Of a DNA stretch of 64,000 bases, positions 38,607 to 46,819 are shown piece after piece. This DNA is from a virus. The stretch spans positions 1 to 64,000 of the IMG/VR virus record IMGVR_UViG_3300037346_000220; one strand, 5' to 3'. A program made the position numbers and the translations under genes. Numbering within the stretch: the first letter of the stretch is position 1; every line of letters begins with the position of its first letter. The notes under the pieces are model-generated. The model worked only from the letters and a program-made list of their open reading frames with translations, did no database searches and was not told where the DNA came from.

Positions 38607-40211
38607 ATCTATTAGTTTTGGGAATAAACTTTTCCCATCTTAATTTGGGAGATCTTAAATACATTCTTAAGCTTATTTGGGGAATAAATCTATAGTGGGC
38701 GCTCGAAAAAAAATCGGCAAATGTCAAGCGACACGCCGTGGAGAAATAAACTATTTAGTTTATCTCGCCATACGCCTCGTAGCAATTTACGCAAGCGGTT
38801 TCACCTTCAACCTCTACAGTTGGAACGGTGTTTGAACATATTTCGCAAAATTTGAAATCAATCATCTTTTACATCCTTTCTATTTATTTCTTTATCTTTA
38901 TTTATACTAGTAGTCTATACCCTACACCCCCAAAAGTCAAGACGACACGCCGTGTTTGGCGAAAGTTCTTTATAACAAAACAGTAACGGTTATAGGCTAC
39001 CTAGACGGCTGGCAAAGTCTTCGTTCCAGATCCAGTTCCAGGTATAGCCTAGTGATGCAACCCTAATCAATAGGTAGGCGATGTAAGCTGTGCCTGCTAG
39101 GCAAATGGCGTATACGCTAATTCTTTTTGACTTTGTCATTTCTTTATCCTTTGTTTGTATATCTATAGCATAGTGCATAGGTGAGACATTATCAATACGA
39201 CACGCCGAAGAATAGAAAAAAAATACCCCTATTGTTCTGGGGTATTCATTTCGGTAACAACACTAGCAATTCCAGCAATAGCGTTGTCATAGTCCTCCCA
39301 AGTATCAAAAGTGAGCGTTATCATTATGTTACCAACCTCTCGTTGAACCCAGAGCGTTAGCCATTACCATTAGACCGTTGATGTATTTGATTTCACTATC
39401 ACTAGGGGTATCACCTACGATAGACACTAGTGTTTCTATCTCTACCTCTATCTCTGATAGTGAGAGGGTATCCAATTCTTTGAATCTATTCATTATTATC
39501 CTTTACTGTTTATACTATGATACTAACACTAGGGTCAGACACTTTAGAATGTCTTGCTAAGCTGTAAGTCTATCCACCTAAGCCAAGTTGCACCTACTGG
39601 CTTATTGCCAGACTTGATGCCCTGTAGCACTGTTGAGTAAAACATTTTTTCTTCTTTATTCATTCTTGATTTCTTCATAGTTCTACCTTACCATAGGGGT
39701 CTGACATTTTAGATGGACTCATTACCAGTTACCATTAGGATGGTGTAGCCCATCCCCTCAAGCTTAGCGATAGCGTTATCAACATTGGCTGGCATTGAAC
39801 CAAACCAAACCATTGAGTCATTGTCCTTGCTTACGAAAATCTTCTTCATTTCTCTATCCTTTATCTTTCTTTGTATAGTTACACTCTACAGGATAGACAT
39901 TCAAAAGTCAACACGACACGCCGATGATTGGAAAACTTTTCTCATAAGGGTGGCACCAGTGTGCTCACTAATTATGCTTGCTTATTCACCCAGATCGTGT
40001 ATCGTACATAACTATAAAATATTCAGATATTGCTAAAAATAGATTTTTTCAGATTTAGGCGGTATACCAATATCCATCATATCTCTGATCTCCAGGGTAT
40101 CTATAACATACACAATATCCCATAGTAGATATAATCTTAATGTCTAGTAAGGATATCCTAAGTATAAACAATATATGGTGCTATCCTTATAGTAAAGAAG
40201 GAGGGGAATAC

Positions 40212-40262
40212 ATGTCAAAGCCTGAATGCAAGTGCACTAAATGTAAGTGTGGAAAGAACTAA
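40212..40262 (+). CDS. 16-aa Cys-rich micro-peptide MSKPECKCTKCKCGKN
   Basis: Strong RBS AAGGAGG upstream; CxCxxCxC. Confidence 0.45.
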   Translation: MSKPECKCTKCKCGKN

Positions 40263-40418
40263 GTAATCCACTCATATACAACTAAACATAACAAAATAAT
40301 TAAGGCTGCTGTAGGAGGAATGATCCATAACTCTTTGGTAGTCTTTTTTATTTTATCTACGTAATAACTGTCTAATTCGTTATCAGGATAGCTATGGTAT
40401 TTTCGACGGAACAAGGAA

Positions 40419-40610
40419 TCACTCTTCTTTGATCAAACCAAGCTCAACGAGCTTATCATAGATCAAACCATTACCATGTCTAAGCTCTCCCTGCATAGCG
40501 GAGATAACCTCATCAACCTGATCAGCTGGAATACCATTTGACCACGCTATTTCTTTATTCATCTTATTGATAGCATCAGACATCTCGTCTATAACTGCTT
40601 CTCTATTCAT
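40419..40610 (-). CDS. Hypothetical protein
   Basis: Follows 40614 ORF. Confidence 0.7.
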   Translation of the reverse strand: MNREAVIDEMSDAINKMNKEIAWSNGIPADQVDEVISAMQGELRHGNGLIYDKLVELGLIKEE

Positions 40611-40613
40611 CTC

Positions 40614-40820
40614 TTACCACTTTCCCACTGGACATTTAGCTGCTAATAGTGTTGTCTTTAATCTCATAAAGCATCCACACTTTTTACATTTCTGAGCTTT
40701 ACTATTAAAGTGTTCACAGAGTTTACAGATAGCCATTCTCTCATCGTATAAGTCCTTATCGCTTCTTGGTTGCTTAGGATTAAATAGATCGGAAAATGAT
40801 ACATCATCATCGTTACCCAT
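40614..40820 (-). CDS. Six-Cys small protein (R..IC..C...C..CGCFM..K......CP..KW), leaderless
   Basis: Paralogs at 48520 and 60373. Confidence 0.75.
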   Translation of the reverse strand: MGNDDDVSFSDLFNPKQPRSDKDLYDERMAICKLCEHFNSKAQKCKKCGCFMRLKTTLLAAKCPVGKW

Positions 40821-40962
40821 GGTTATAGTATACACCATCAGATACCCCACCGCTTTCGTCTTTACTATTTTTTTAATATTTATTAGACATATGTTGGTGG
40901 GAATACTGATTGAGGATCTCTATATCGTCGAACTTAAACGCCGACTCAAATCCGCCGAGTAC

Positions 40963-41853
40963 CTAAGCGAAGAACTCATCGCCGAACTTAGCTATCGCCT
41001 CTTGGTGGAAAGCATCAGCGTATGACATATGATCTAAAATGCCAGGGTGCGCATCGGCGCCTATTCCATCCGCAGCGAATAACCAGAACTCTTCCTGCCC
41101 AGGCTCTGGGTCCTCAAACTTGTCGCCAAAATAGGCCTCTCCGTATTTTTTCCTGTATGAAAAGTAGCTGTTTAAGCGTTTGGTTTTATTTAGCTCATGT
41201 TCAAATCCTGGATCCCAAGTAGTATACATTAGTGGCACACCGACGGCTTCGAGGTACATCTCAAGCTGTTTGGCTTCGTTCATAAAATCACTCATTAAGT
41301 TCTTGTTCGTAATAACAGAGTTTACGATGTCTAATTCTTCTTGGTTCTCTAGTGGCTGTTCTGTTGAGGGCACAAATACCTCTAAACTGTATGGAGCAGT
41401 CGTCAATCTACCGTTATCAATGTCTATAGAATAATACCTGCTTACATTTGGTAACAAAAGCATAACAATTTTAGGTTTACCGTAACGATTAATGTATTTG
41501 TACACATCTTGGAAGATTCTAGAACAAGAATTTCCTGGTGCGGAAACATCAGCAAGATATTTTGCAGACAGCTTATCCTTTAACAGAGTAGACCACCTAA
41601 CATTTTCTTCCAGTCCCAATCCAAAAGTAACAGAACACCCACCAACGTAAATTGTATCCTTAGAAACTAAATTGTCAAAGTCCTCAGATCGGTATCCTTG
41701 CTTGTTAACAAAATATTCTATTGTTGCTCTAGAATGCTCAACGATATGCGAATCTCTTATCTGTCCGCCAACAGAATGAATGGGGAAGGGTATATCGAGA
41801 TAAATATCAAGCGAGTGACCCTTGTGTTTACCGTGTTTTTCCCTATGTAACAT
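40963..41853 (-). CDS. SGNH-hydrolase-like protein
   Basis: GGCSVTFGLG, PGNS, DAHPG; paralog of 2218-3132. Confidence 0.55.
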   Translation of the reverse strand: MLHREKHGKHKGHSLDIYLDIPFPIHSVGGQIRDSHIVEHSRATIEYFVNKQGYRSEDFDNLVSKDTIYVGGCSVTFGLGLEENVRWSTLLKDKLSAKYLADVSAPGNSCSRIFQDVYKYINRYGKPKIVMLLLPNVSRYYSIDIDNGRLTTAPYSLEVFVPSTEQPLENQEELDIVNSVITNKNLMSDFMNEAKQLEMYLEAVGVPLMYTTWDPGFEHELNKTKRLNSYFSYRKKYGEAYFGDKFEDPEPGQEEFWLFAADGIGADAHPGILDHMSYADAFHQEAIAKFGDEFFA

Positions 41854-41894
41854 AGTCTATTATACCAAAAAAACCCCTTATACTTGTTACTATC

Positions 41895-42176
41895 ATGACA
41901 AACCTCGAGAGCCTTAACTATGTAGTAGCAATATCAGTAGGATTAGGCACTACAATCTCGATGCTAGGTCTTGCGATAAGATGGATGGTTAAACACTACC
42001 TAGAGGAAATTAAGCACGAGCTTAAGCCAAACGGCGGAGGATCAATAAAGGACCAGGTTAACCGTTTAGAACAAAGAATGGATGAAGCAGATGATAAGCG
42101 ACAAGCAATGCATAAAAAAATAGATAACTTATATACATTAATGATCGAATACATTGGAAACAAAAAAGAACACTAG
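41895..42176 (+). CDS. Membrane protein with ELKPNGGGSIKD motif (actinophage lysis-associated type)
   Basis: One TM helix plus coiled coil. Confidence 0.7.
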   Translation: MTNLESLNYVVAISVGLGTTISMLGLAIRWMVKHYLEEIKHELKPNGGGSIKDQVNRLEQRMDEADDKRQAMHKKIDNLYTLMIEYIGNKKEH

Positions 42177-42375
42177 ATAATTATATATAACTACTATATA
42201 ATATAGAACCTAATAAGTAATAAAACCTAACTAGCTATATTAGAACCTAATTAATAATAAATATATGGTAGCACAGATTTTGATCTTGTCAACACTTATT
42301 TTGATAACAATATTATAACTATTAGATAACAGACTTATAACAAGCCTTCTATTACTTGATGTGATATACTTTAAT

Positions 42376-42434
42376 AGCTGGTATCTAGGAGGTCTCTCAT
42401 ACCCACCCTTCTAGGTATCAGCTTTTATTTTTTT
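42376..42434 (+). ncRNA. Putative hairpin sRNA
   Basis: TGA-TATACT -10 at 42362-42370, 17-bp stem with three G-U, 14-nt loop, U-tract. Confidence 0.6.
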
Positions 42435-42485
42435 CAATACCGTTACCTCTTGATTTTTATTTAAGCATGTTATAATATAACTACT

Positions 42486-42872
42486 ATGACTTCACTTTGC
42501 TCTCCTGAAATGCTTGGCGCTAACCCTGCTATTCTTAAATGGGACATTGTTAGAGGAGATACCTCTCCCCTGAGGATTGAGTTTTATCAAAATGATGAAG
42601 TAACTTTTTACGACATGACTGGCTGGACCTACCAAGCGTCTGCTTATGACTACAAAGGTGACGCCATTGATGAGCTAGACGTCGTTGCTGGAGAAGGATT
42701 TATAGAGATTAGTGCCTCGGCAGCTGTTACAGCCCTCTGGGGAACTGGTTATAATAAGATTGTTGCAGAGCTACCTTTTGACCTACAGATAACCATTGAC
42801 GAAACTACAGTTTGGACTCCTGTCATAGGAACAATCTCTGTAATCGGAGATGTGACGGGAAGCGCTCTCTGA
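42486..42872 (+). CDS. Virion protein (RGDT-type beta-sandwich), paralog of 44872 and 49418
   Basis: W.IVRGDT..LRI, FDLQI, VWT...G......DVT. Confidence 0.7.
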   Translation: MTSLCSPEMLGANPAILKWDIVRGDTSPLRIEFYQNDEVTFYDMTGWTYQASAYDYKGDAIDELDVVAGEGFIEISASAAVTALWGTGYNKIVAELPFDLQITIDETTVWTPVIGTISVIGDVTGSAL

Positions 42873-43852
42873 TGGTTGCAAAAATAAAGATTATTCCACT
42901 TCCAGGCTCTTCTGGCCCAGATTCCCCTCTCGTAATGTCAAAATTCAAGATTGTCCCTATGCCAGGACAACAAGGCCAACCAGGACCCACAGGATCTAGA
43001 GGATACAAAGGTGAGGTTGGATCCACGGGTCCTCAAGGACCTCAAGGCCCAACTGGAGAAGACAGCAATGTGGAGGGCCCACAAGGATTAACTGGCAACG
43101 AAGGTCTTCAGGGAGTACAGGGAAACACAGGTCTAACGGGTGCCGACAGCACTGTCGTAGGACCCGAAGGACTAGCTGGTGAACGGGGGATTCAAGGCAT
43201 CCAAGGTGATATCGGAAACACTGGTCCAATCAGCCTCATACCAGGCCCACAAGGACCACAGGGAGAAGCAGGATTAGATAGCACCGTCGAGGGTCCTAGA
43301 GGCGCTGACAGTACCGTTGAAGGCCCACAAGGCGTACAGGGTGAGCAGGGAAACACTGGCCCAATAAGCACCGTCCCAGGTCCACAGGGTAATGAAGGAA
43401 TTCAGGGAGACCAAGGTCTTAAAGGAGATCAAGGTCTTCAAGGGCTTATCGGAGCTACTGGTGCAACGGGTATTACTTGGCAAGGCCTCTGGGATGCGAC
43501 CAGAGATTACATAAGTAACGACTCAGTCTTTAAAAATGGAGCTTCTTGGTTTGCATCTGGAGACCCAGCAGTTGGAGAGGTACCAGACTCAAATGCTGAG
43601 CACTGGTATCCTTTAGCTCTACAAGGCGTGCAGGGATTGCAGGGTTCCGTAGGAGCAACATCTACGGTAGCAGGGCCATCGGGTGCTGACAAGCTAAACG
43701 TCGTAAACGTTGCTGGTGTAGCTGCCTTAAGCCCCGTCTACGGCGGTCTATCACACGTTGCTGCCTACTCTGACCTAGAGTATGACTGTGTGACTCCAGG
43801 AGTAATTGCCATTACGGCTGCTCCAGGTATACAGTATATAGATATGACCTAA
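42872..43852 (+). CDS. Collagen-like virion fibre protein
   Basis: Long interrupted Gly-X-Y tract (GPQGPQG, STVEGP), WQGLWD domain. Confidence 0.9.
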   Translation: MVAKIKIIPLPGSSGPDSPLVMSKFKIVPMPGQQGQPGPTGSRGYKGEVGSTGPQGPQGPTGEDSNVEGPQGLTGNEGLQGVQGNTGLTGADSTVVGPEGLAGERGIQGIQGDIGNTGPISLIPGPQGPQGEAGLDSTVEGPRGADSTVEGPQGVQGEQGNTGPISTVPGPQGNEGIQGDQGLKGDQGLQGLIGATGATGITWQGLWDATRDYISNDSVFKNGASWFASGDPAVGEVPDSNAEHWYPLALQGVQGLQGSVGATSTVAGPSGADKLNVVNVAGVAALSPVYGGLSHVAAYSDLEYDCVTPGVIAITAAPGIQYIDMT

Positions 43853-43869
43853 TATAAAGGAAAGCATAA

Positions 43870-44088
43870 ATGCCAAAAATTAAAATAGTGCCGTTTCCAG
43901 GAGTCTTAGGACCTCGTGGTGCAACAGGAGCTCAAGGTATTCAGGGAGAGGTTGGCCTTACGGGGCCAATCGGATCCGTTGCCTCTCCCTACGTTCCTTC
44001 AGAGCCTTCAGACTGGATGGAACCTCAGCCTACAACAATTGCTACAGCTTTAGACCAAATAGCTTCAAGACTTTCAGCTATAGAGTAG
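43870..44088 (+). CDS. Short collagen-like protein
   Basis: KIKIVPFPG N-terminus shared with 42872; Gly-X-Y. Confidence 0.8.
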   Translation: MPKIKIVPFPGVLGPRGATGAQGIQGEVGLTGPIGSVASPYVPSEPSDWMEPQPTTIATALDQIASRLSAIE

Positions 44089-44130
44089 AACACCCTAAGG
44101 ATATCTTGAATAGTCTGAGATAATATATCT

Positions 44131-44853
44131 ATGATATCTAAAGAGATGGATTTTCCTTCCTCAAAAAAGACAAGGTATGTCGATCAAGTAGCTCAGGCTA
44201 ACACCTTAGAGCCTTCTGTTGTCACCTACCTTCCCGTTCCAGGTCCAGTAGGTCCAAAAGGTGACACAGGAAATATAGGAAGCCAAGGGCCCATAGGCCT
44301 TCCAGGAAAAGATGGAAAAACTGGACCTAAAGGCAAAGAAGGAAATCCAGGAAAAGATGCACCTGGTCATCTCCCCTCTTCGGGCCAGGGTATAGGGTGG
44401 GCTAGGTATTCTCCTAAAAAAATAGAAGAGGTTATTACTGGAGCAACAAGAGGGACTGACGGCTGGGTAGACTTATCCTTTAAAACATCGAATACCGTAG
44501 AGTTTAATAACTTTTTGCCACTAGGCTCTGCAGGACTTTATTCTCCAGGCTCAAGAAGACTTAACTTCAAAGGTTTAAAAATAGGGGCAAGAGTTTCTGT
44601 GACCTACAAGCTTTCAGTCACAACCTTAAGCCCCAATACCGAAATCATATTGAGATCTTATTTCCCACAAACAAAGAAGCAAGTCCTTACCTTGGTAGGC
44701 ACTACAAAATATGTTCACACTTACAGTTTTGACGTAACTCAGGACTTCGTAATTGAAAACGAGTCTGATCGAGTGTCAGGAGCAATCCCAGAAATGCTAA
44801 CTGATATGAGCGCAATGGCCTCACTTGAAAGTGTCACTATTTTTGTATCTTAA
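44131..44853 (+). CDS. Collagen-like protein with C-terminal beta domain
   Basis: PGPVGPKGDTG...GKDG tract. Confidence 0.85.
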   Translation: MISKEMDFPSSKKTRYVDQVAQANTLEPSVVTYLPVPGPVGPKGDTGNIGSQGPIGLPGKDGKTGPKGKEGNPGKDAPGHLPSSGQGIGWARYSPKKIEEVITGATRGTDGWVDLSFKTSNTVEFNNFLPLGSAGLYSPGSRRLNFKGLKIGARVSVTYKLSVTTLSPNTEIILRSYFPQTKKQVLTLVGTTKYVHTYSFDVTQDFVIENESDRVSGAIPEMLTDMSAMASLESVTIFVS

Positions 44854-44871
44854 CATGCTATAATAATAGCT

Positions 44872-45249
44872 ATGGCATTTCCAGGAACCTATAACATAGC
44901 TTACTACAAAGGTGACACCTTTGAATTTAGAATATACCCCAAAGACTCTTCAGGAGCAGTATTTCCACTAGATGGTTATGACTTATCTGCAGGGGTAAAA
45001 TTTACGATTGCTCCCTCCCGAGGTTCTTCAGGAGCTGCTAGCCAAATTGAAGCTTTTGCAGAAATTTCAATAGACAGAACCTATATTTCATGTGCAATCC
45101 TACCCAGCTCTGGTAACCTCCTTAATGCCCTATCTCAGTACGTGTATGACATAGAGATTTCAAAAGTAGGAGTATCGGACTACGACTTTACCTACACACT
45201 TCTTACAGGAACACTTTCAGTAACTGACCAGGTAACAGGAGCAGTCTAG
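44872..45249 (+). CDS. Virion protein (KGDT-type)
   Basis: YYKGDTFEFRI, YVYDIEI, TLLTG.LSV...VT. Confidence 0.7.
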   Translation: MAFPGTYNIAYYKGDTFEFRIYPKDSSGAVFPLDGYDLSAGVKFTIAPSRGSSGAASQIEAFAEISIDRTYISCAILPSSGNLLNALSQYVYDIEISKVGVSDYDFTYTLLTGTLSVTDQVTGAV

Positions 45250-45899
45250 TGGTCGACGTAGTCCTTGCCACCAACGACCTAACAGTACTTGGAGGACCAT
45301 CCTCTTTGACAGTTAATGTGGACATTGGCACACAGGGAAAACGTGGAAGCTTTATCTTTACTGGAGACGGGAAACCAGACGACCCAAACACAGAGCTAGG
45401 GTTCGTTGCTGCCATCAATGATCTCTACATAAACCTAAAGCCAGCAGACACAGAATACCTTTTCCTGTATCAGTATACATCTGTAAATGGAGTAGCCTCT
45501 TGGCAAAGGACGATTAGGATTGTTCCTAATACAGCCTTGTATAACCCACTAATAAATTTTGTAAGCGGTCAAGCGGTCTACGAACTTAATGGAATACAGA
45601 TTCCGACAATTCTGTTCCCCTTAGCGACATTCTTTTCTATTGATATACTTGGAGACATTGAAGCCTTAGACTTTAGTATTCAGCACAATATTCTTTGTTC
45701 AAACCCCGTGGCCTCAGGCCTTACGGTTTCTGACATTACTGCCACATATGAATTCAGTGGAGTTACAGTTCCACTAGGTAGTAGTCACTTGCCTCTTTCC
45801 CTGGTAGCTCAAGAGTTACATCCAACAAATGGCTGGCAGCCTCTTAACGGTGAATACTACGTACACACATTCATAACTATTGGAGGCCGAGCAACATAA
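45249..45899 (+). CDS. Putative virion/baseplate protein
   Basis: G.RGS....G.G.P, DLYIN; structural operon. Confidence 0.6.
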   Translation: MVDVVLATNDLTVLGGPSSLTVNVDIGTQGKRGSFIFTGDGKPDDPNTELGFVAAINDLYINLKPADTEYLFLYQYTSVNGVASWQRTIRIVPNTALYNPLINFVSGQAVYELNGIQIPTILFPLATFFSIDILGDIEALDFSIQHNILCSNPVASGLTVSDITATYEFSGVTVPLGSSHLPLSLVAQELHPTNGWQPLNGEYYVHTFITIGGRAT

Positions 45900-46819
45900 T
45901 GTCTGAAAACATAAATTCTAACTATGACCCAGTTGAAGAAACTGGAGAGCTTTACAACACTCAGATTCCAGAGTTGTCAGAAGATGCAAACATTCAAGAG
46001 GCCCTAAAGTATTTTCACTATGGGACTTTAACAACCCCAACTCAAAACTCAGAAATTTTGGAAAACTCTCTGGCTGGTCACTTAAAAAATCTTAAGACGC
46101 AAGTCCAGGTACAAGCTAGCAGAGGGATAGGTTCAGACTTTGGGCCTACACTGCCCCTAACCCCTGAAGACGGGTTCGTATTCGTAAAGTCAAATTCCAC
46201 TGCAGCAGTTTTCTCAAATACCCAGCTATCAGCCATCTATGACCCTGTAGAGCCAACAGAAAACTTAATAGCAGGAATGCTATGGGCAGATTCATCTCTT
46301 AGCCCAGCAGAGCTAAGTATCTACACAGGAGTAGAGTTCGTGCCCGTATCTTCACAAGGTGGCTCAGCCACTGCTCCAGGATCCTATACAGAAAAAAGCC
46401 TTTCGGGCTTAGGTACTGACGTCATAGGTCTAGACGCAACGACTGCCACAGGATTCGGAGTCTCGACAATTTTTGGGTATATAGAAGGTGCAGATGGAGT
46501 GCCTTTTGCTGCAACGCTACCCGTTACAAACGGAATGACAAAAATAGAAGTCCAGTTTTCTTTTGGCTTTCAGTCCACGTCAACAACCGCAGGAGACATC
46601 CAGATAGCTCGTGTCCTAAACGGAAACTTTGCTGCTCCCACACCTGTTGGAAAAATTTACTTTTCTGGAGGAGCTACCCCTCCTCATGTAGTGTTTGTAG
46701 ACACGCATGGACAAGTAGAAGGCTCAGTTATTTCCTATGTAATGTTTAACTCAACTACAGAGACTATAACTTTTGACGGAAACTATATAATTCAGGCTAT
46801 TGCCAAGGAGGTTGCATAA
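45899..46819 (+). CDS. Putative virion protein
   Basis: Structural operon; P....G..W.D repeats. Confidence 0.6.
   Translation: MSENINSNYDPVEETGELYNTQIPELSEDANIQEALKYFHYGTLTTPTQNSEILENSLAGHLKNLKTQVQVQASRGIGSDFGPTLPLTPEDGFVFVKSNSTAAVFSNTQLSAIYDPVEPTENLIAGMLWADSSLSPAELSIYTGVEFVPVSSQGGSATAPGSYTEKSLSGLGTDVIGLDATTATGFGVSTIFGYIEGADGVPFAATLPVTNGMTKIEVQFSFGFQSTSTTAGDIQIARVLNGNFAAPTPVGKIYFSGGATPPHVVFVDTHGQVEGSVISYVMFNSTTETITFDGNYIIQAIAKEVA

Larger units (their letters stand above)
31864..39706 (-). promoter_or_regulatory. Array of 14 promoters TGTC(T/A)G-N10-TAnnnT (PafBC/RecA-NDp-like)
   Basis: Copies at 31864, 31982, 32776, 33961, 34628, 35201, 36955, 37493, 37847, 38108, 38287, 39167, 39520, 39685 (each 22 bp), all with a 10-nt spacer. 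Confidence 0.85.
28400..40000 (-). other. Early-type gene region (about 30 small - strand ORFs, most with their own promoter); candidate long terminal repeat
   Basis: Uniform - strand orientation, high promoter density, flanked by non-coding low-complexity AT-rich tracts. Confidence 0.7.

Noticed and set aside
31864-39706. GGGGTCAGACATT repeats as a CRISPR array or integron attC-like sites
   Set aside because: Repeats are short, irregularly spaced by whole genes, and locked 10 nt from a -10 hexamer; promoter geometry explains them and no cas or integrase gene is visible
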